From: an uncultured Clostridia bacterium
GTDB lineage: Bacteria; Bacillota; Clostridia; Christensenellales; UBA1242
DNA length: 64,000 nt
Assembly: GCA_944372335.1 (NCBI GenBank)
Contig: CALVYQ010000002.1
Coordinates: 90,409-154,408, forward strand
Direction of reading: 5' to 3'
The translations under genes were made by a program, and so were the position numbers. The notes beneath the pieces were generated by a model that worked only from the letters and a program-made list of their open reading frames with translations, was not told the origin of the DNA and did no database searches. Shown here piece by piece: positions 1 to 11,000 of the stretch; the first letter of the stretch is position 1, and each line of letters begins with the position of its first letter.

Positions 1-440
1 GTCCGCCATCATTGGGGCTTATAACAGTCAATGCTTTGACGGCAACTGACAGTGTGATAATCCCTATTCAATGCGAGTTTTTTGCACTCGAGGGGCTAAC
101 TCAACTGATGAACACTATAAAACTTGTTAAGGAATATCTCAATCCTGATATTGATATTGAAGGCGTTGTTATGACCATGAAAGATAAACGCTATAATCTT
201 ACAAATCAGGTAAGCAATGAGATAATAAAGTTTTTTAGTAAAAAGGTATATGTTACAACTATTCCAAGAAATGTTCGTCTTGCTGAAGCTCCAAGCCATG
301 GATTACCTGTTGCACTATATGACGCTAACTCTAAGGGAGCAGAAGCATATCTAAGTTTGGCAGAGGAAATATTAAAAAGAAGTGGAACTCCATTTAAGAG
401 AATTTCTAAAACTAGAAAAATAAGATTTTCGGAGGATTAA
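1..440 (+). CDS. parA: ParA/Soj chromosome partitioning ATPase (5'-partial, runs off window)
   Basis: The frame is open from the window edge ([16 protein letters not shown]). It has [12 protein letters not shown] and [14 protein letters not shown] Soj motifs and lies directly upstream of parB. Confidence 0.96.
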   Translation, partial: PPSLGLITVNALTATDSVIIPIQCEFFALEGLTQLMNTIKLVKEYLNPDIDIEGVVMTMKDKRYNLTNQVSNEIIKFFSKKVYVTTIPRNVRLAEAPSHGLPVALYDANSKGAEAYLSLAEEILKRSGTPFKRISKTRKIRFSED

Positions 441-443
441 TAT

Positions 444-1400
444 ATGATAAACAATAAGAAAGGACTTGGAAGAGGTTTAGATGCACTGTTCGGTGTATAT
501 AAAGAAGAAAGTTATAATAATATAACTAATGAACCACAAGAAAAAAAGGAAAACGTGGCGAAAGCTGGCGGAGTTTCAGAAATTGAAATAGAAAAAATAA
601 AGCCAAATCCAAATCAACCTAGAAAAAACTTCGACACTGAAGCTTTAAATGAACTTGCTTCTTCAATTAAAATGCATGGCATTGTTCAGCCTATTGTTGT
701 CAACGATATGGGCGATGGCACGTATATGATTATCGCCGGAGAAAGAAGATGGCGAGCTGCAAATATATGTGGATTAAAGACAGTTCCAGCTGTTGTAAGA
801 AATTACACCGACAAGCAGGTAAAAGAAATAAGTATCATAGAGAACTTACAGCGTGAAGATTTGAATCCAATTGAAGCGGCAAAGGCGATAAAGGAATTGA
901 TGGACGAATATGGATTAACACAAGAGGTTGTGGCTGACAGAATAGGAAAGAGCCGTTCTAGCATTGCCAATACTTTAAGATTGTTGACTTTATATCCTGA
1001 TGTTTTAAAGATGGTAGAAGATGGCAAATTGTCGGCTGGACACGCTAGATGTCTAGTGGTGATTGAAGATAAAAATCAACAGATAAAATTAGCACAACTT
1101 ACAGTCAATAAAAATCTAAGCGTTAGAGAACTTGAAAAGGCAGTTAAGAATTTAGAAAATCCTCAGAAACGTCATATTGTTATGCCAGAGCAATCGTTGG
1201 AACTTAAAGAATTGATTATACAGATGCAGAAAACCTTTGCAACGAAGGTGAGTGCGATTGGTAATGATAATAAAGGGCGTATTTATATAGATTATTATAC
1301 AAGAGATGACTTAGATAGGATTGCCGAATTATTAGAATTGTTAAATAAAAAAGAGATGACCTTGCAAGATTTACAGAATTACAATAAAAGACATAACTAA
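444..1400 (+). CDS. parB: ParB/Spo0J partitioning protein
   Basis: KGLGRGLDAL N-terminus, PNPNQPRK, IIAGERRWRA (GxRR CTPase box), IENLQREDL and HTH; GGAGG RBS inside the end of parA. Confidence 0.97.
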   Translation: MINNKKGLGRGLDALFGVYKEESYNNITNEPQEKKENVAKAGGVSEIEIEKIKPNPNQPRKNFDTEALNELASSIKMHGIVQPIVVNDMGDGTYMIIAGERRWRAANICGLKTVPAVVRNYTDKQVKEISIIENLQREDLNPIEAAKAIKELMDEYGLTQEVVADRIGKSRSSIANTLRLLTLYPDVLKMVEDGKLSAGHARCLVVIEDKNQQIKLAQLTVNKNLSVRELEKAVKNLENPQKRHIVMPEQSLELKELIIQMQKTFATKVSAIGNDNKGRIYIDYYTRDDLDRIAELLELLNKKEMTLQDLQNYNKRHN

Positions 1401-1420
1401 AACAGTTATGTCTTTTATTT
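1383..1420. terminator. Intrinsic terminator after parB (likely bidirectional)
   Basis: Inverted repeat AATAAAAGACATAACT-aaaac-AGTTATGTCTTTTATT with A/T tails. Confidence 0.75.
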
Positions 1421-1592
1421 TCTTACGATTAAATAAAGAAATGGATAAAACTACATTGTTTATGTATTTAAGATTAAAGCTTAAGTAAAAAGCATACTAC
1501 TTTAAAAATAATGCTATTATGTATTATTAATAAATAAATTCATGGTGATAGATAAATCTATCAAACTATATGTAGAATAAAAATTTAAAAAA

Positions 1593-1608
1593 TGTTTCAC
1601 GTGAAACA
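1593..1608. promoter_or_regulatory. parS site 1
   Basis: TGTTTCACGTGAAACA, matching the Firmicute parS consensus; the palindrome extends to 30 bp (1586-1615). Confidence 0.95.
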
Positions 1609-1770
1609 TTTTTTATTGTTAAAGTTTTAGATTTTATATAGATAAAAATGTTATTATTTTAAATATTGAAGAAGTTAATATTTAAGGATTGATAATACAA
1701 CCGTAAATGCTAAGAATTATAATAATAAGATATTTGTAATTAATATTAAATAATAATATTCAAAAGAAAA

Positions 1771-1786
1771 TGTTTCACGTGAAACA
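1771..1786. promoter_or_regulatory. parS site 2
   Basis: TGTTTCACGTGAAACA; the palindrome extends to 22 bp (1768-1789). Confidence 0.95.
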
Positions 1787-1894
1787 TTTAGTTAAAGTAT
1801 TTGCATTGATATATAAATAGACGTATAAAAAGAGCTAATGAATTTTAGTGTTTGTATGAATTCTATTATTTTAAAATATTATTGCTATTAAAAT

Positions 1895-1910
1895 TGTTTC
1901 ACGTGAAACA
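1895..1910. promoter_or_regulatory. parS site 3
   Basis: TGTTTCACGTGAAACA; the palindrome extends to 32 bp (1887-1918). Confidence 0.95.
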
Positions 1911-2112
1911 ATTTTAATTTAACAAAATATAAAGTGCAGCTATTTTAATTGAGAGTTTGAATAATATTTGATGTGTTTAAAGTGTTATATTAAATAAAAT
2001 ATCTAAGCTTCTTATCTTATATATTTTGTCAATAGATAATATTATAAAAAACAACAGGCTTTCTAATAAGTATAAAATATTCCTATTAAGGAATTGTATA
2101 ATAAAGGAAAAT

Positions 2113-2128
2113 TGTTTCACGTGAAACA
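2113..2128. promoter_or_regulatory. parS site 4
   Basis: TGTTTCACGTGAAACA; the palindrome extends to 26 bp (2108-2133). Confidence 0.95.
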
Positions 2129-2227
2129 ATTTTTAATGATGAAATGATATAGTTGATAAAATATGTGTATATGCAATGGATAAGATAGGAATATATGCCA
2201 TCTATTTATAAATCGGCTATAAATTGT

Positions 2228-2257
2228 TTGACTTTTTGTCATTATTTATGTTAATAT
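2228..2257 (+). promoter_or_regulatory. Putative sigmaA promoter of rubrerythrin
   Basis: TTGACT-18 bp-TAATAT with a TG extension, followed by a GGAGG RBS at 2264. Confidence 0.5.
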
Positions 2258-2274
2258 ATTATTGGAGGTAAACT

Positions 2275-2817
2275 ATGAAAGAATTAAAAGGTTCTAAAAC
2301 AGAAAAAAACTTAATGGAAGCATTTGCTGGTGAAAGTCAGGCAAGAAACAAATATACATTCTATGCTTCAAAGGCTAAAAAAGAGGGATATGAGCAGATA
2401 GCTGCAGTCTTTACAGAAACGGCAGATAATGAAAAAGAACACGCTAAACTATGGTTCAAAGAATTGCATGGTGGAGATATTCCTGATACTTTAAGTAACT
2501 TATTAGATGCTGCAGCAGGAGAAAATGGTGAATGGACCGAAATGTATAAAAGAATGGCAGAAGAAGCTCGTGAAGAAGGCTTTATGGCTATTGCTGCTAA
2601 GTTTGAAGGTGTTGCAGCAATTGAAAAAAGACATGAAGAGCGTTATAGAAAACTTGCAGAATTAGTAAAAAATAAAACGGTATTTAAGAAGACAGATAAA
2701 AAGATTTGGGTTTGCAGAAATTGTGGCCATGTATATGTTGGAAACGAAGCTCTAAAGATTTGCCCTGTATGTAATCACCCACAAGCTTTCTTTGAAGTTT
2801 TAGTAGAAGAGTTTTAA
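2275..2817 (+). CDS. rbr: Rubrerythrin
   Basis: AFAGESQARNKY, NEKEHA and EKRHEERY di-iron motifs; C-terminal rubredoxin-like CRNCG...CPVC. Confidence 0.96.
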   Translation: MKELKGSKTEKNLMEAFAGESQARNKYTFYASKAKKEGYEQIAAVFTETADNEKEHAKLWFKELHGGDIPDTLSNLLDAAAGENGEWTEMYKRMAEEAREEGFMAIAAKFEGVAAIEKRHEERYRKLAELVKNKTVFKKTDKKIWVCRNCGHVYVGNEALKICPVCNHPQAFFEVLVEEF

Positions 2818-2827
2818 TAAATTTAAC

Positions 2828-2858
2828 AAAAGCAGTCTTGAAAATAGGCTGTTTTTTT
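2828..2858 (+). terminator. Intrinsic terminator after rbr
   Basis: AAAAGCAGTCT-loop-AGGCTGTTTTTTT. Confidence 0.7.
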
Positions 2859-3076
2859 ATTTAGTTGTTTTTAATGCAAAAGATATAGTTATGTTTATAT
2901 AATTAAAATAGTCTATTTAAATACTTTAGCTGATTTTATTATATTAAATAATAGTTATTAAAATATAATTAAAAGCAATATTATGTTATTTGTTTTAAAT
3001 AAGAAAAATGCAATAATTTGGAATAAATTTTTTCTTAAAAATATATTATAAAGTTGAAAAAAGATATATAAAAACC

Positions 3077-3105
3077 TTGACAAAAGTTTCTAATAATGGT
3101 AAACT
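3077..3105 (+). promoter_or_regulatory. sigmaA promoter of tRNA-Ser
   Basis: TTGACA-17 bp-TAAACT with a TG extension, 14 bp before the tRNA. Confidence 0.75.
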
Positions 3106-3119
3106 AAAATAGTTAATTT

Positions 3120-3210
3120 GGAGAGTTACTCAAGAGGTCGAAGAGGCTCCCCTGCTAAGGGAGTAGTACTGTAACAGGTAGCGAGGGTTCGAATCCCTCA
3201 CTCTCCGCCA
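3120..3210 (+). tRNA. tRNA-Ser(GCT)
   Basis: GGAGAG/CTCTCC acceptor stem, anticodon arm CTCCC-CTGCTAA-GGGAG, long variable arm, GGTTCGAATCC T-arm, encoded G-CCA end. Confidence 0.96.
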
Positions 3211-3226
3211 TTTTTTTGGAGGAAAT

Positions 3227-3718
3227 GTGTTTAAAGGGCTTAGAGACGAAATAGTTTCGTTAAACTCTGATGTCAAAAATATTACAAACTGCGAGAAAGC
3301 CAAAAAATTGAGAAAGAAGCTTTTAGTTATCGGCTTGCCATTAGCAATAATTGGATATTTGGGCGTTTTTGTGTGCTTTGTGCTGTTTGCTACAGCCGGG
3401 GCTGATGGATTTAGCGAGAATGGATTTTCAGCACGATTAATAGTTCCTTTTGTTTTGATTATTCCTATGGCTGTTATAGCATGTATAGGGACAATGTTGT
3501 CTTCACTTGCTTTTAAAATTATAATTACAGGCTATACCACAGATTTGGCTGATTCAGTGGTGGGTAATAATTGTCCAAGTTGCGGAGATAAGATTACAGA
3601 AGAGGAATTATTTTGCAATAAGTGTGGTAAGCCTCTTCGTAGGCAATGTCCAAAATGTAATCATGTAAATAGTATTAAAAATGATTATTGTGAAAAATGT
3701 GGAGAAAAATTAAACTGA
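3227..3718 (+). CDS. Membrane protein with C-terminal double zinc ribbon
   Basis: Two hydrophobic helices followed by four CxxC pairs (CPSC, CNKC, CPKC, CEKC); GGAGG RBS and GTG start. Confidence 0.85.
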   Translation: MFKGLRDEIVSLNSDVKNITNCEKAKKLRKKLLVIGLPLAIIGYLGVFVCFVLFATAGADGFSENGFSARLIVPFVLIIPMAVIACIGTMLSSLAFKIIITGYTTDLADSVVGNNCPSCGDKITEEELFCNKCGKPLRRQCPKCNHVNSIKNDYCEKCGEKLN

Positions 3719-3739
3719 TATTTATTTATCAGTTTTTTT
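3712..3739. terminator. Terminator between the convergent DZR and ZIP genes
   Basis: AAACTGATA-tttatt-TATCAGTTTTTTT. Confidence 0.6.
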
Positions 3740-3866
3740 ATTTTATAATATTTTTAATTTAAATTTGTTAGCATGCTAATTGTCTTTAAAATACGAATAA
3801 ATAAATAGATTAAAAATTATTTATTTTTTTAATTTTATTTTATTTATTTTTAATTTTTAATTTATT

Positions 3867-4631
3867 TTAAAGGCATAAATCTAAGAGCATCATCAGAACA
3901 AATCCGATCATAAAAGCCCAAGTACCTATCGTTGTTTTTTCATTGATGTGTAGTTCTGGTAAAAGTTCCTCGATTACTACATATATCATTGCCCCTGCCG
4001 AAAATGCGAGTAGCCAAGGCATGAGGAAGGTAAGTTCGCTGGCCAAAAAGAAACCTAAAACTGCGAATATAGGCTCTACTAAGCCACTAGACATACCATA
4101 TAAAAACGCTTTATGTTTGCTACCAAGCGTTTTGTGCATCGGGAGGGCTACGGCCAGACCTTCTGGAAAGTTTTGCAATGCAATGCCAAGAGCTATCAAA
4201 AAGGCGGAAAGCATCGAATTTCCGGTTGCAAAAGCCGAACCGAAAGCAAAGCCAACAGCCAATCCCTCAGGAATATTGTGTATTGTGACCGCTGTAAATA
4301 ACTTGAAAGCCTTATTTTTGCCCTCATCTTTCTTTAGATTGCTAAAGTGTCCGGTTATTTTATCAAGAAGTACCATAAAAATGCCACCCAAAAGAAAGCC
4401 TATTGCCACCGGCAAGAAAAATAAATCTTGATATTGATTTTCTGAGTACTCAATTGAAGGCAATAGTAGCGACCAAATAGATGCAGAAAGCATAATGCCA
4501 GAAGCAAAACCGATGGTTAACATATTGACAAAGTTAGAGGGCTTCTTCAAAAAATATACGCAAACTGCTCCTAAAGTGGTCATCAGAAAGATAATCGAAA
4601 AGCCTAAAACGATAAAAATTGTGCACGACAT
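3867..4631 (-). CDS. zupT: ZIP-family divalent metal transporter (ZupT/GufA-like)
   Basis: GFASGIML, HNIPEGLAVG, QNFPEGLAV and SGLVEP motifs; about 8 TM segments. Confidence 0.92.
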   Translation of the reverse strand: MSCTIFIVLGFSIIFLMTTLGAVCVYFLKKPSNFVNMLTIGFASGIMLSASIWSLLLPSIEYSENQYQDLFFLPVAIGFLLGGIFMVLLDKITGHFSNLKKDEGKNKAFKLFTAVTIHNIPEGLAVGFAFGSAFATGNSMLSAFLIALGIALQNFPEGLAVALPMHKTLGSKHKAFLYGMSSGLVEPIFAVLGFFLASELTFLMPWLLAFSAGAMIYVVIEELLPELHINEKTTIGTWAFMIGFVLMMLLDLCL

Positions 4632-4697
4632 AGAGACCTCTTTTGTGTTTTTCTACTTACATAGTATGTTAAAAACAGAATAAGGTTAATGTGGAAA

Positions 4698-4706
4698 TGT
4701 GGATAA
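4698..4706 (-). promoter_or_regulatory. Perfect DnaA box
   Basis: TGTGGATAA (TTATCCACA on the minus strand), immediately preceded by a degenerate box TGTGGAAAT at 4690. Confidence 0.7.
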
Positions 4707-4887
4707 ATTTGAGTCAGAAAAAGTAAAAATAAAAACAATAAAAAATATCAACAAAAAGACAAATAATAAAAATTTAAAAAAAATACATGAAAAAATCAAA
4801 AAAATTAAAAAATAGACGTTTTTTTCTTAATTTTTTCTAAAAAATCAATATTTTTAATTAAATTTGAAAGATTTTTTGATGCGAAAA

Positions 4888-4896
4888 TGTGGATAA
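4888..4896 (-). promoter_or_regulatory. Perfect DnaA box
   Basis: TGTGGATAA in the same AAATGTGGATAAATT context as the 4698 box. Confidence 0.7.
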
Positions 4897-4966
4897 ATTC
4901 CAAGATTTGTTTTTAAAAATTTAGTAAAAAATTTTTATAAAATTATTTATTTTTTTATGATTAAAT

Positions 4967-4996
4967 TTGACTTTGTTTGCACATATATATTATAAT
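4967..4996 (+). promoter_or_regulatory. Putative sigmaA promoter of the giant surface protein gene
   Basis: TTGACT-18 bp-TATAAT, 55 bp upstream of ATG 5052. Confidence 0.6.
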
Positions 4997-5051
4997 ATTT
5001 TCAAGTAAGAATATGCCCATAGATGCGGGCGTAAATTACAAGGAGAAAGAT

Positions 5052-8000
5052 ATGGATAGATTTAAATCAAAACTAAATCTCGTGCTTGTTGTGGGGCTTT
5101 GTTTGTTTGCCTCCGCTTTTGGTATTGGAGTGAATACTTTAAACCTCCAACCTTTGGCAAGCACCAGCACGGCTGTGTCAAGTGACAATGACGAAGTGTC
5201 GATGTCGTCAGTCACAGAAGATGGCAATGTGATATACATCAATAACGAGTACTTTGCTGACGGCGTGTCGCAAATGCCGATTGAGGGAAGTGGAACGGCT
5301 CCAACCCTTGATGAACTTGCAATTACTAGTGGCGATGAAATACATATCACAAACAGCTTAATTGAGTTTAGTGATGCATCAGGCTTTGACAATTTACAAG
5401 GCGTGACGCTTTATATCAACCACTCGATCTTTGTCTATACAGGCAGTTCAACAAGTGGCATTTATATGTACGAAGGAACACCGACAACCTTGATTGCAAG
5501 TGACTCAATCTTTTTTGCAAGCAACGGTTCGACCGTGAATGTTCCAACGGCTACCTCAAGGAAACTCACCTCTTTTTATTATGATACAACAAGTGGTATA
5601 AGAGGATATGGCCCAGATAAAAGTGCTGTTTCTGGAAATGTTCAACTTGGTGCACCAACGGAAGGGGCTGATGTGGGGCTTGCTTATCGTGTGGGCTTTT
5701 TTGCTCAAAGTGCTTATCCTATCAATCTGAACAGCACAGCAGAAACCACGCTCTGGACTGGTGATTGGAATTTTTCTGGTGACACAATAGATGGTAACAA
5801 CGAAGGCTGGATGTTCTCAGCGGTTGAAGTAGGTGCTTCGGCAGATACTCTTCAGGGTACTGCACTTTATCCATATCCTAGAGACTATGTTTTAGCCAAT
5901 GCTAGCGGAAATATTGTGACCTTATATGCAAATTTTGAACAGCCAGAAGCTCAAACGGGAAAGGTAAAAATCGGACTATCTGGAACAAATACAATAACCT
6001 TGTCGGGAGATTATGCTTTGACAAGGCCAGGATATAAGCACATTGGTTGGAAATTATATCCTGACGCAACAAGCACTGTTACACAAATTCAGGTAACTGG
6101 TCCTATGTCCTTATATGCAGCTTGGGAAGTTGTAGAATATACCATAACTTATGATTTAAATGGCGGGTCTTTGGTGGGCGATGCCTCATCAACTAAAACA
6201 TATTATTATGATGATACATTTAATCTTCTTTCTGAAGAAGATGTAGAAAGAACGGGTTACAATGTTGCCCAAGACTTCTGGGTTGTAACAGTTGCTGATG
6301 GAAATTGGCCGTCTGGATTAAATAATGGACTAGGTAGGTATGATGCCGGCGAAGAGATAAGCAATATGTATGGTAATATAACATTGACAGCAAATTGGGC
6401 AGCTAATAACTTTATCATAAACTTTGATGGTAACGGTGCTACTAGTGGAAGTATGGCTCCTCAAGACTTTAATTATGGAATTGCCGAAAGTTTAACCCCT
6501 AACGAATTTGAAAGAACGGGCTACCGTTTTACCGGCTGGAATACAAGTGCTGAAGGAACCGGCACGGCTTATGCAGACCAACAAGATTTAAGCAGTGTGC
6601 CTGTTGCAGACGGAGGCACGGTTACACTTTATGCTCAATGGACTCCGGTAGTTTATACAATCACTCTTGACCATCAACAAGGTTCAAGCTCAACAAGCAC
6701 TATATATTTAAAATATGAAACCGGTTGGTATTCAAATTTGGCTGCGACTGCAGAAATATCAGAAGTTGAGGTTCCAACAAGAACGGGCTATACTTTTGGC
6801 GGATACTGGACGGACGCAAACGGAACAGGTGAGCAGATTATATTATCTAGTGGTGCTCTTGCAGAGAACAAAACTACATACACAACAGAGAGTGATATAC
6901 TTTACGCTCAGTGGACGCCAATCAATGTTACAATCACCTTCAATGCTAATGACTACAGCGAAGGCGGAAGAGACACCAATGATAATCCTATTATAGGCGA
7001 AGCAAATTTGACAGGCTTAAGCAATGCCAACACTTTGACTATCAATTACGGCACAAGTTCCTTAAGTGGAACACCAGGCGCAACCCTTGCTGGCTACACC
7101 CTTCAAGGCTGGGCAACATCAGCTAATGGAACAACTTATGTTATCAATGCTAACGGAACGGTAAATGGAACATGGACAGCGTCTGAAAACGCAAATGTAG
7201 ATACTGTCTATGCAATTTGGGCGCCAATAACCTACACAGTGACCTTAAATGCCAATGGCGGAACTTTGGGAACAGATACAAGTGTTGAGGCAACTTACGG
7301 TGCGTATATGGACACGATAACCTCGCTTCCATCACGTCCAGGCTATAGTTTTGCAGGCTTCTATGACACTCAAGAGGCAACAGGTGGAAATCAATATTTT
7401 GACGAAGACGGCGTATGCACAAATGTGTGGAATAAGCCAAACACGGCAACCTTATATGCACGTTGGACGGCAAATACTTACAGCGTAAGATTGAATATGA
7501 CCATCAATCGTGCAAGCTCAAGTGCGGTATCTGTTGATTATAACGTGGAAGGAACAGTTGGTGGCAGTATCAGTAGCGGTAGCTTGACCAACAGCACAAA
7601 CGCTATCACACTTTCTAATGTAGCTTTCGGCCAGACTTTGACTTTAAACTTCACAGCTCCTGCAAACTATTATATTTCCAACACGGCTCTCTCTTCTAAT
7701 CCAAGCGATTTATCTGCAAGTGGAAATCAGATAGAGATTACCAAAGAATTCAACGATGTCGGCGAGCTTTCTGATAATGTTTTAACTATTAATGTATATC
7801 TATATGAGGTATATACTATATCATACAATAGCAATACCGGTGCGGGCAATATGTCAAGTTCTTATAAGCTTCACAATGCAAGCATCAATTTAAAGGCTAA
7901 CAGCTTCACAAAAACAGGCTACAACTTTGATGGCTGGGCAACAAGTGAAAGTGGTGCTGTTCAGTATGATGATGCTGCTCCTTACACAGCAAATGCAAGC

Positions 8001-11000
8001 GTAACACTCTTTGCTAAGTGGGAGGCTAAGCAATACACCATAATCTTAGACGCAAATGGCGGTGAGGACGGTGCAACAACAAGTGTAACTGCAACCTACG
8101 ACGCAACCTTGCCAACTATTCCTTCGGCTAACTTGCCAACGAGAGCTGGTTGGGATTTTGAAGGCTTCTTTGATGAGGTAACGGGCGGAAATCAATATTA
8201 CAACGCAGACGGAACAAGCACTGATAGAACTTGGACAACCGATGGCGGTGACACACTCTACGCTCATTGGACAATTCACCAATATCAAATCATCTATACC
8301 TACAACAATGGCACAACCACAATCGAGCTTGGTAGGCCGTTTGACTACAACGTTAACACTGATATTGTTTTAGGACAAAATATTTCTCTTACAGGCCATG
8401 AAATCTCTGGTTGGACTGTTCTATCCTCAGTTGGATCGTGGATGGCAAACACTAACTTTGATAATGGTGCTGAGCTATCTGGTCAATGGGGGACGGTGAC
8501 TCTCCGTGCTCAGGCTTTGCCAATCCTATATCAAATTCATTTGAACGAAAATTCTCCTGTACCTGCAACAGTGGAAAATGCTGGTATTGGTGATGTTGTT
8601 TTGAGTGACGATGCTGATATCTATGTTGTCTATGGTACAAGAACACTCTACGATAACAGAACAAGCAACACTGCAGGCTCTGGCTCTGGTGCAGTAACTG
8701 CAAGCTTAAATGGCTATACCTTCCTTGGTTGGTCAACAGATTCTGAAGCGGACAGCGAAAGCGAATGCCAGATTGACGCAAACGGAAACTTGAAAAACAC
8801 TTGGACGTCAACCACGGCAGTGACTCAATTCTATGCAATTTGGGAACAAGATGAAGACGGCAATGTCATCACTTACAACTTTGCAGGTGGAAGTTACAAC
8901 GGTTCGACAAATAATATTCCTTATAAATACAAAGTAAATGCTGAGTTTAAGCTTTTGGATGGCGATGTTGTGACAAGAGCGGGTTACACGCTCACAGGCT
9001 TTGAAGCTTCCAACAGCACGGGAAGCAACTGGGGAACATCAACCTACACTCCTGGACAAGAGATTTCAGCGTTCTCAAAATATGGTTCTGTGACACTCAC
9101 TGCGGTTTGGAAAGCCAATGAATATGAGGTGACCTTAAACGCAAACGGTGGTGTGCTTGGTACGACAACAACTGTGACGGCTACCTATGACGCTTCTATG
9201 CCAGCTATCGCAAGAGAAAACTTGCCGACCTACTCTGGCTATACCTTTGCAGGCTTCTTTGATGATCCAACAAACGGCACAAGATACTATAACGCTGACG
9301 GAACAAGTGCAAGAACTTGGAATAAAGCAGAAGAGGGTGTCGTTCTCTATGCTCACTGGACGGCAAACGCAACAACAGTCACCTACAATCCAAACGGCGG
9401 AACAATGAGCGGATTAAACTACGCAACTCGCCTTGAAGATTGGTCAACAACAAAGAACGGTGTGACAATTAATTATAATGCTGAGACAAATGTGTTTACT
9501 TTCAATGGAACAACAACTAACAACTATGGTTTGGGTGATTTATTTAACACGTATGATTCTGATGTAAATTTTGCAGTAGGAACATATACTTTTGGTTATG
9601 ATGTGTTGTCAGGAGATTTATCATTTCAGCAAGTTGGTACAGATGCTCCATATTTTTCTATAAGTTTCTTAGCGGAAGATGGTAGTGGGTTTAGTGCAGG
9701 TATTTGGCCTAGATTAAATAACGGATTAAATCGCAGTATTAGTGCTACGGTGAATTTTACAGAAGAGATGCATGGGCAAGTTTATAGAATGCATTCAGGT
9801 TTTGCAAGTGCAGGAGCGACTATTACTTTCAACAACCTACAAATTCGCTTCTTTGCTTACTACAACTCATCTATGTCAAGTCAAGTAATTACTCACGATG
9901 AGAACACATATATACCAATCGCAGAGCGTGAAGGCTATATGTTCACAGGCTGGAATACAGAACAAAACGGCAGTGGAATAACATATAGTGCTGGAAATAT
10001 CGGCGAACTTACTGGCGGAGAAACCACGCTCTACGCTCAATGGGAAGCTAAGCGTATTCCTGTCACACTCAATCTTAACAAAGGTTCTGCTTCCACAGAT
10101 CCAAGCTATGATTATACAACTGTATATATCGAATATGACTCTCAAAATGTCTATGACTCTTGGGTAGGCGGAAATCAGCTTAAAGTTAGCGACTTTATTC
10201 CAACAAAGGCTGGTTATACATTTACTGGTTGGAGCTATAACGGTGACTTCTACACCAATGGCAACGGTGTATTTACCAAAGATTGGGATATTGTTGAAAA
10301 TGTTAGAAGTTGGAGCAATATAGTTTATCCTACTCTTACTGCAAATTGGACGGCTAAGCGTATAGAGGTTATACAAGATGCTGGCGAGGGCGAATACTCT
10401 GACACTTCTAAGACAAAGACGGTATATATTCAATTTGATAGCAATCTTATCTACTCAGCTTCCACAGGAACAACAACAGCAAGCTTAGAAGTTCCAACTA
10501 GAAATCTCTATGATTTTGACGGCTATTATTACGATAACGAAAATAATATTGTTGTAAATTACACCAACGGACAATTGGTGTTCAGTTCATGGACAATCTA
10601 TGATGAGGCAGACGATGACAATCCGATAACCATCCATGCTAAATGGAGTGTGCATGCTTATCAAATCGGCTTTGCTTCTAACGGTGGTAGATTTACAACA
10701 GGGGATGCTGACTTAAACGAAATGCCAATGTCAGCAGGCACAAACTTTACACTACACAATGCTTCTAACCTTGTGAGAGAAGGCTATTCTTTCCAAGGTT
10801 GGGCGCTTGAAGCTAATGAAACAAATCCTGACAATATCTATGCTGCAGGTATGGTGGTAACCGCTGACGAAGCAGAAACAAGCCTATTTTCTCAGATTGC
10901 AAGTCATGGTAGAATGTATGCAATCTGGAAGGCTGATCCTTACACTGTAACATATTCAGCAGGAGAGTTTGCTGACGAGGTAACTCTTCCTACTCAAACA

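Noticed and set aside
1593-2128. Four identical palindromic repeats as a CRISPR array
   Set aside because: The repeats are 16-bp parS consensus sites next to parB. The gaps are 108-202 bp and irregular, and no cas genes are present.
3190-3210. tRNA-Ser as attL of an integrated island containing the giant gene
   Set aside because: I found no integrase and no duplicated tRNA 3' end in the window by eye.
3943-4431. 162-aa plus-strand ORF and similar antisense ORFs over zupT, glpK, the glp operon, degV and metG
   Set aside because: They are antisense shadows of well-supported genes on the other strand.
4683-4960. oriC itself
   Set aside because: Only 2-3 DnaA boxes and no dnaA/dnaN here. The usual Firmicute gene order puts oriC upstream of parA, outside the window.
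4977-5051. ORF-track start of the giant gene at TTG 4977
   Set aside because: It overlaps the predicted promoter and has no RBS. ATG 5052 has AAGGAG and gives a proper signal peptide.
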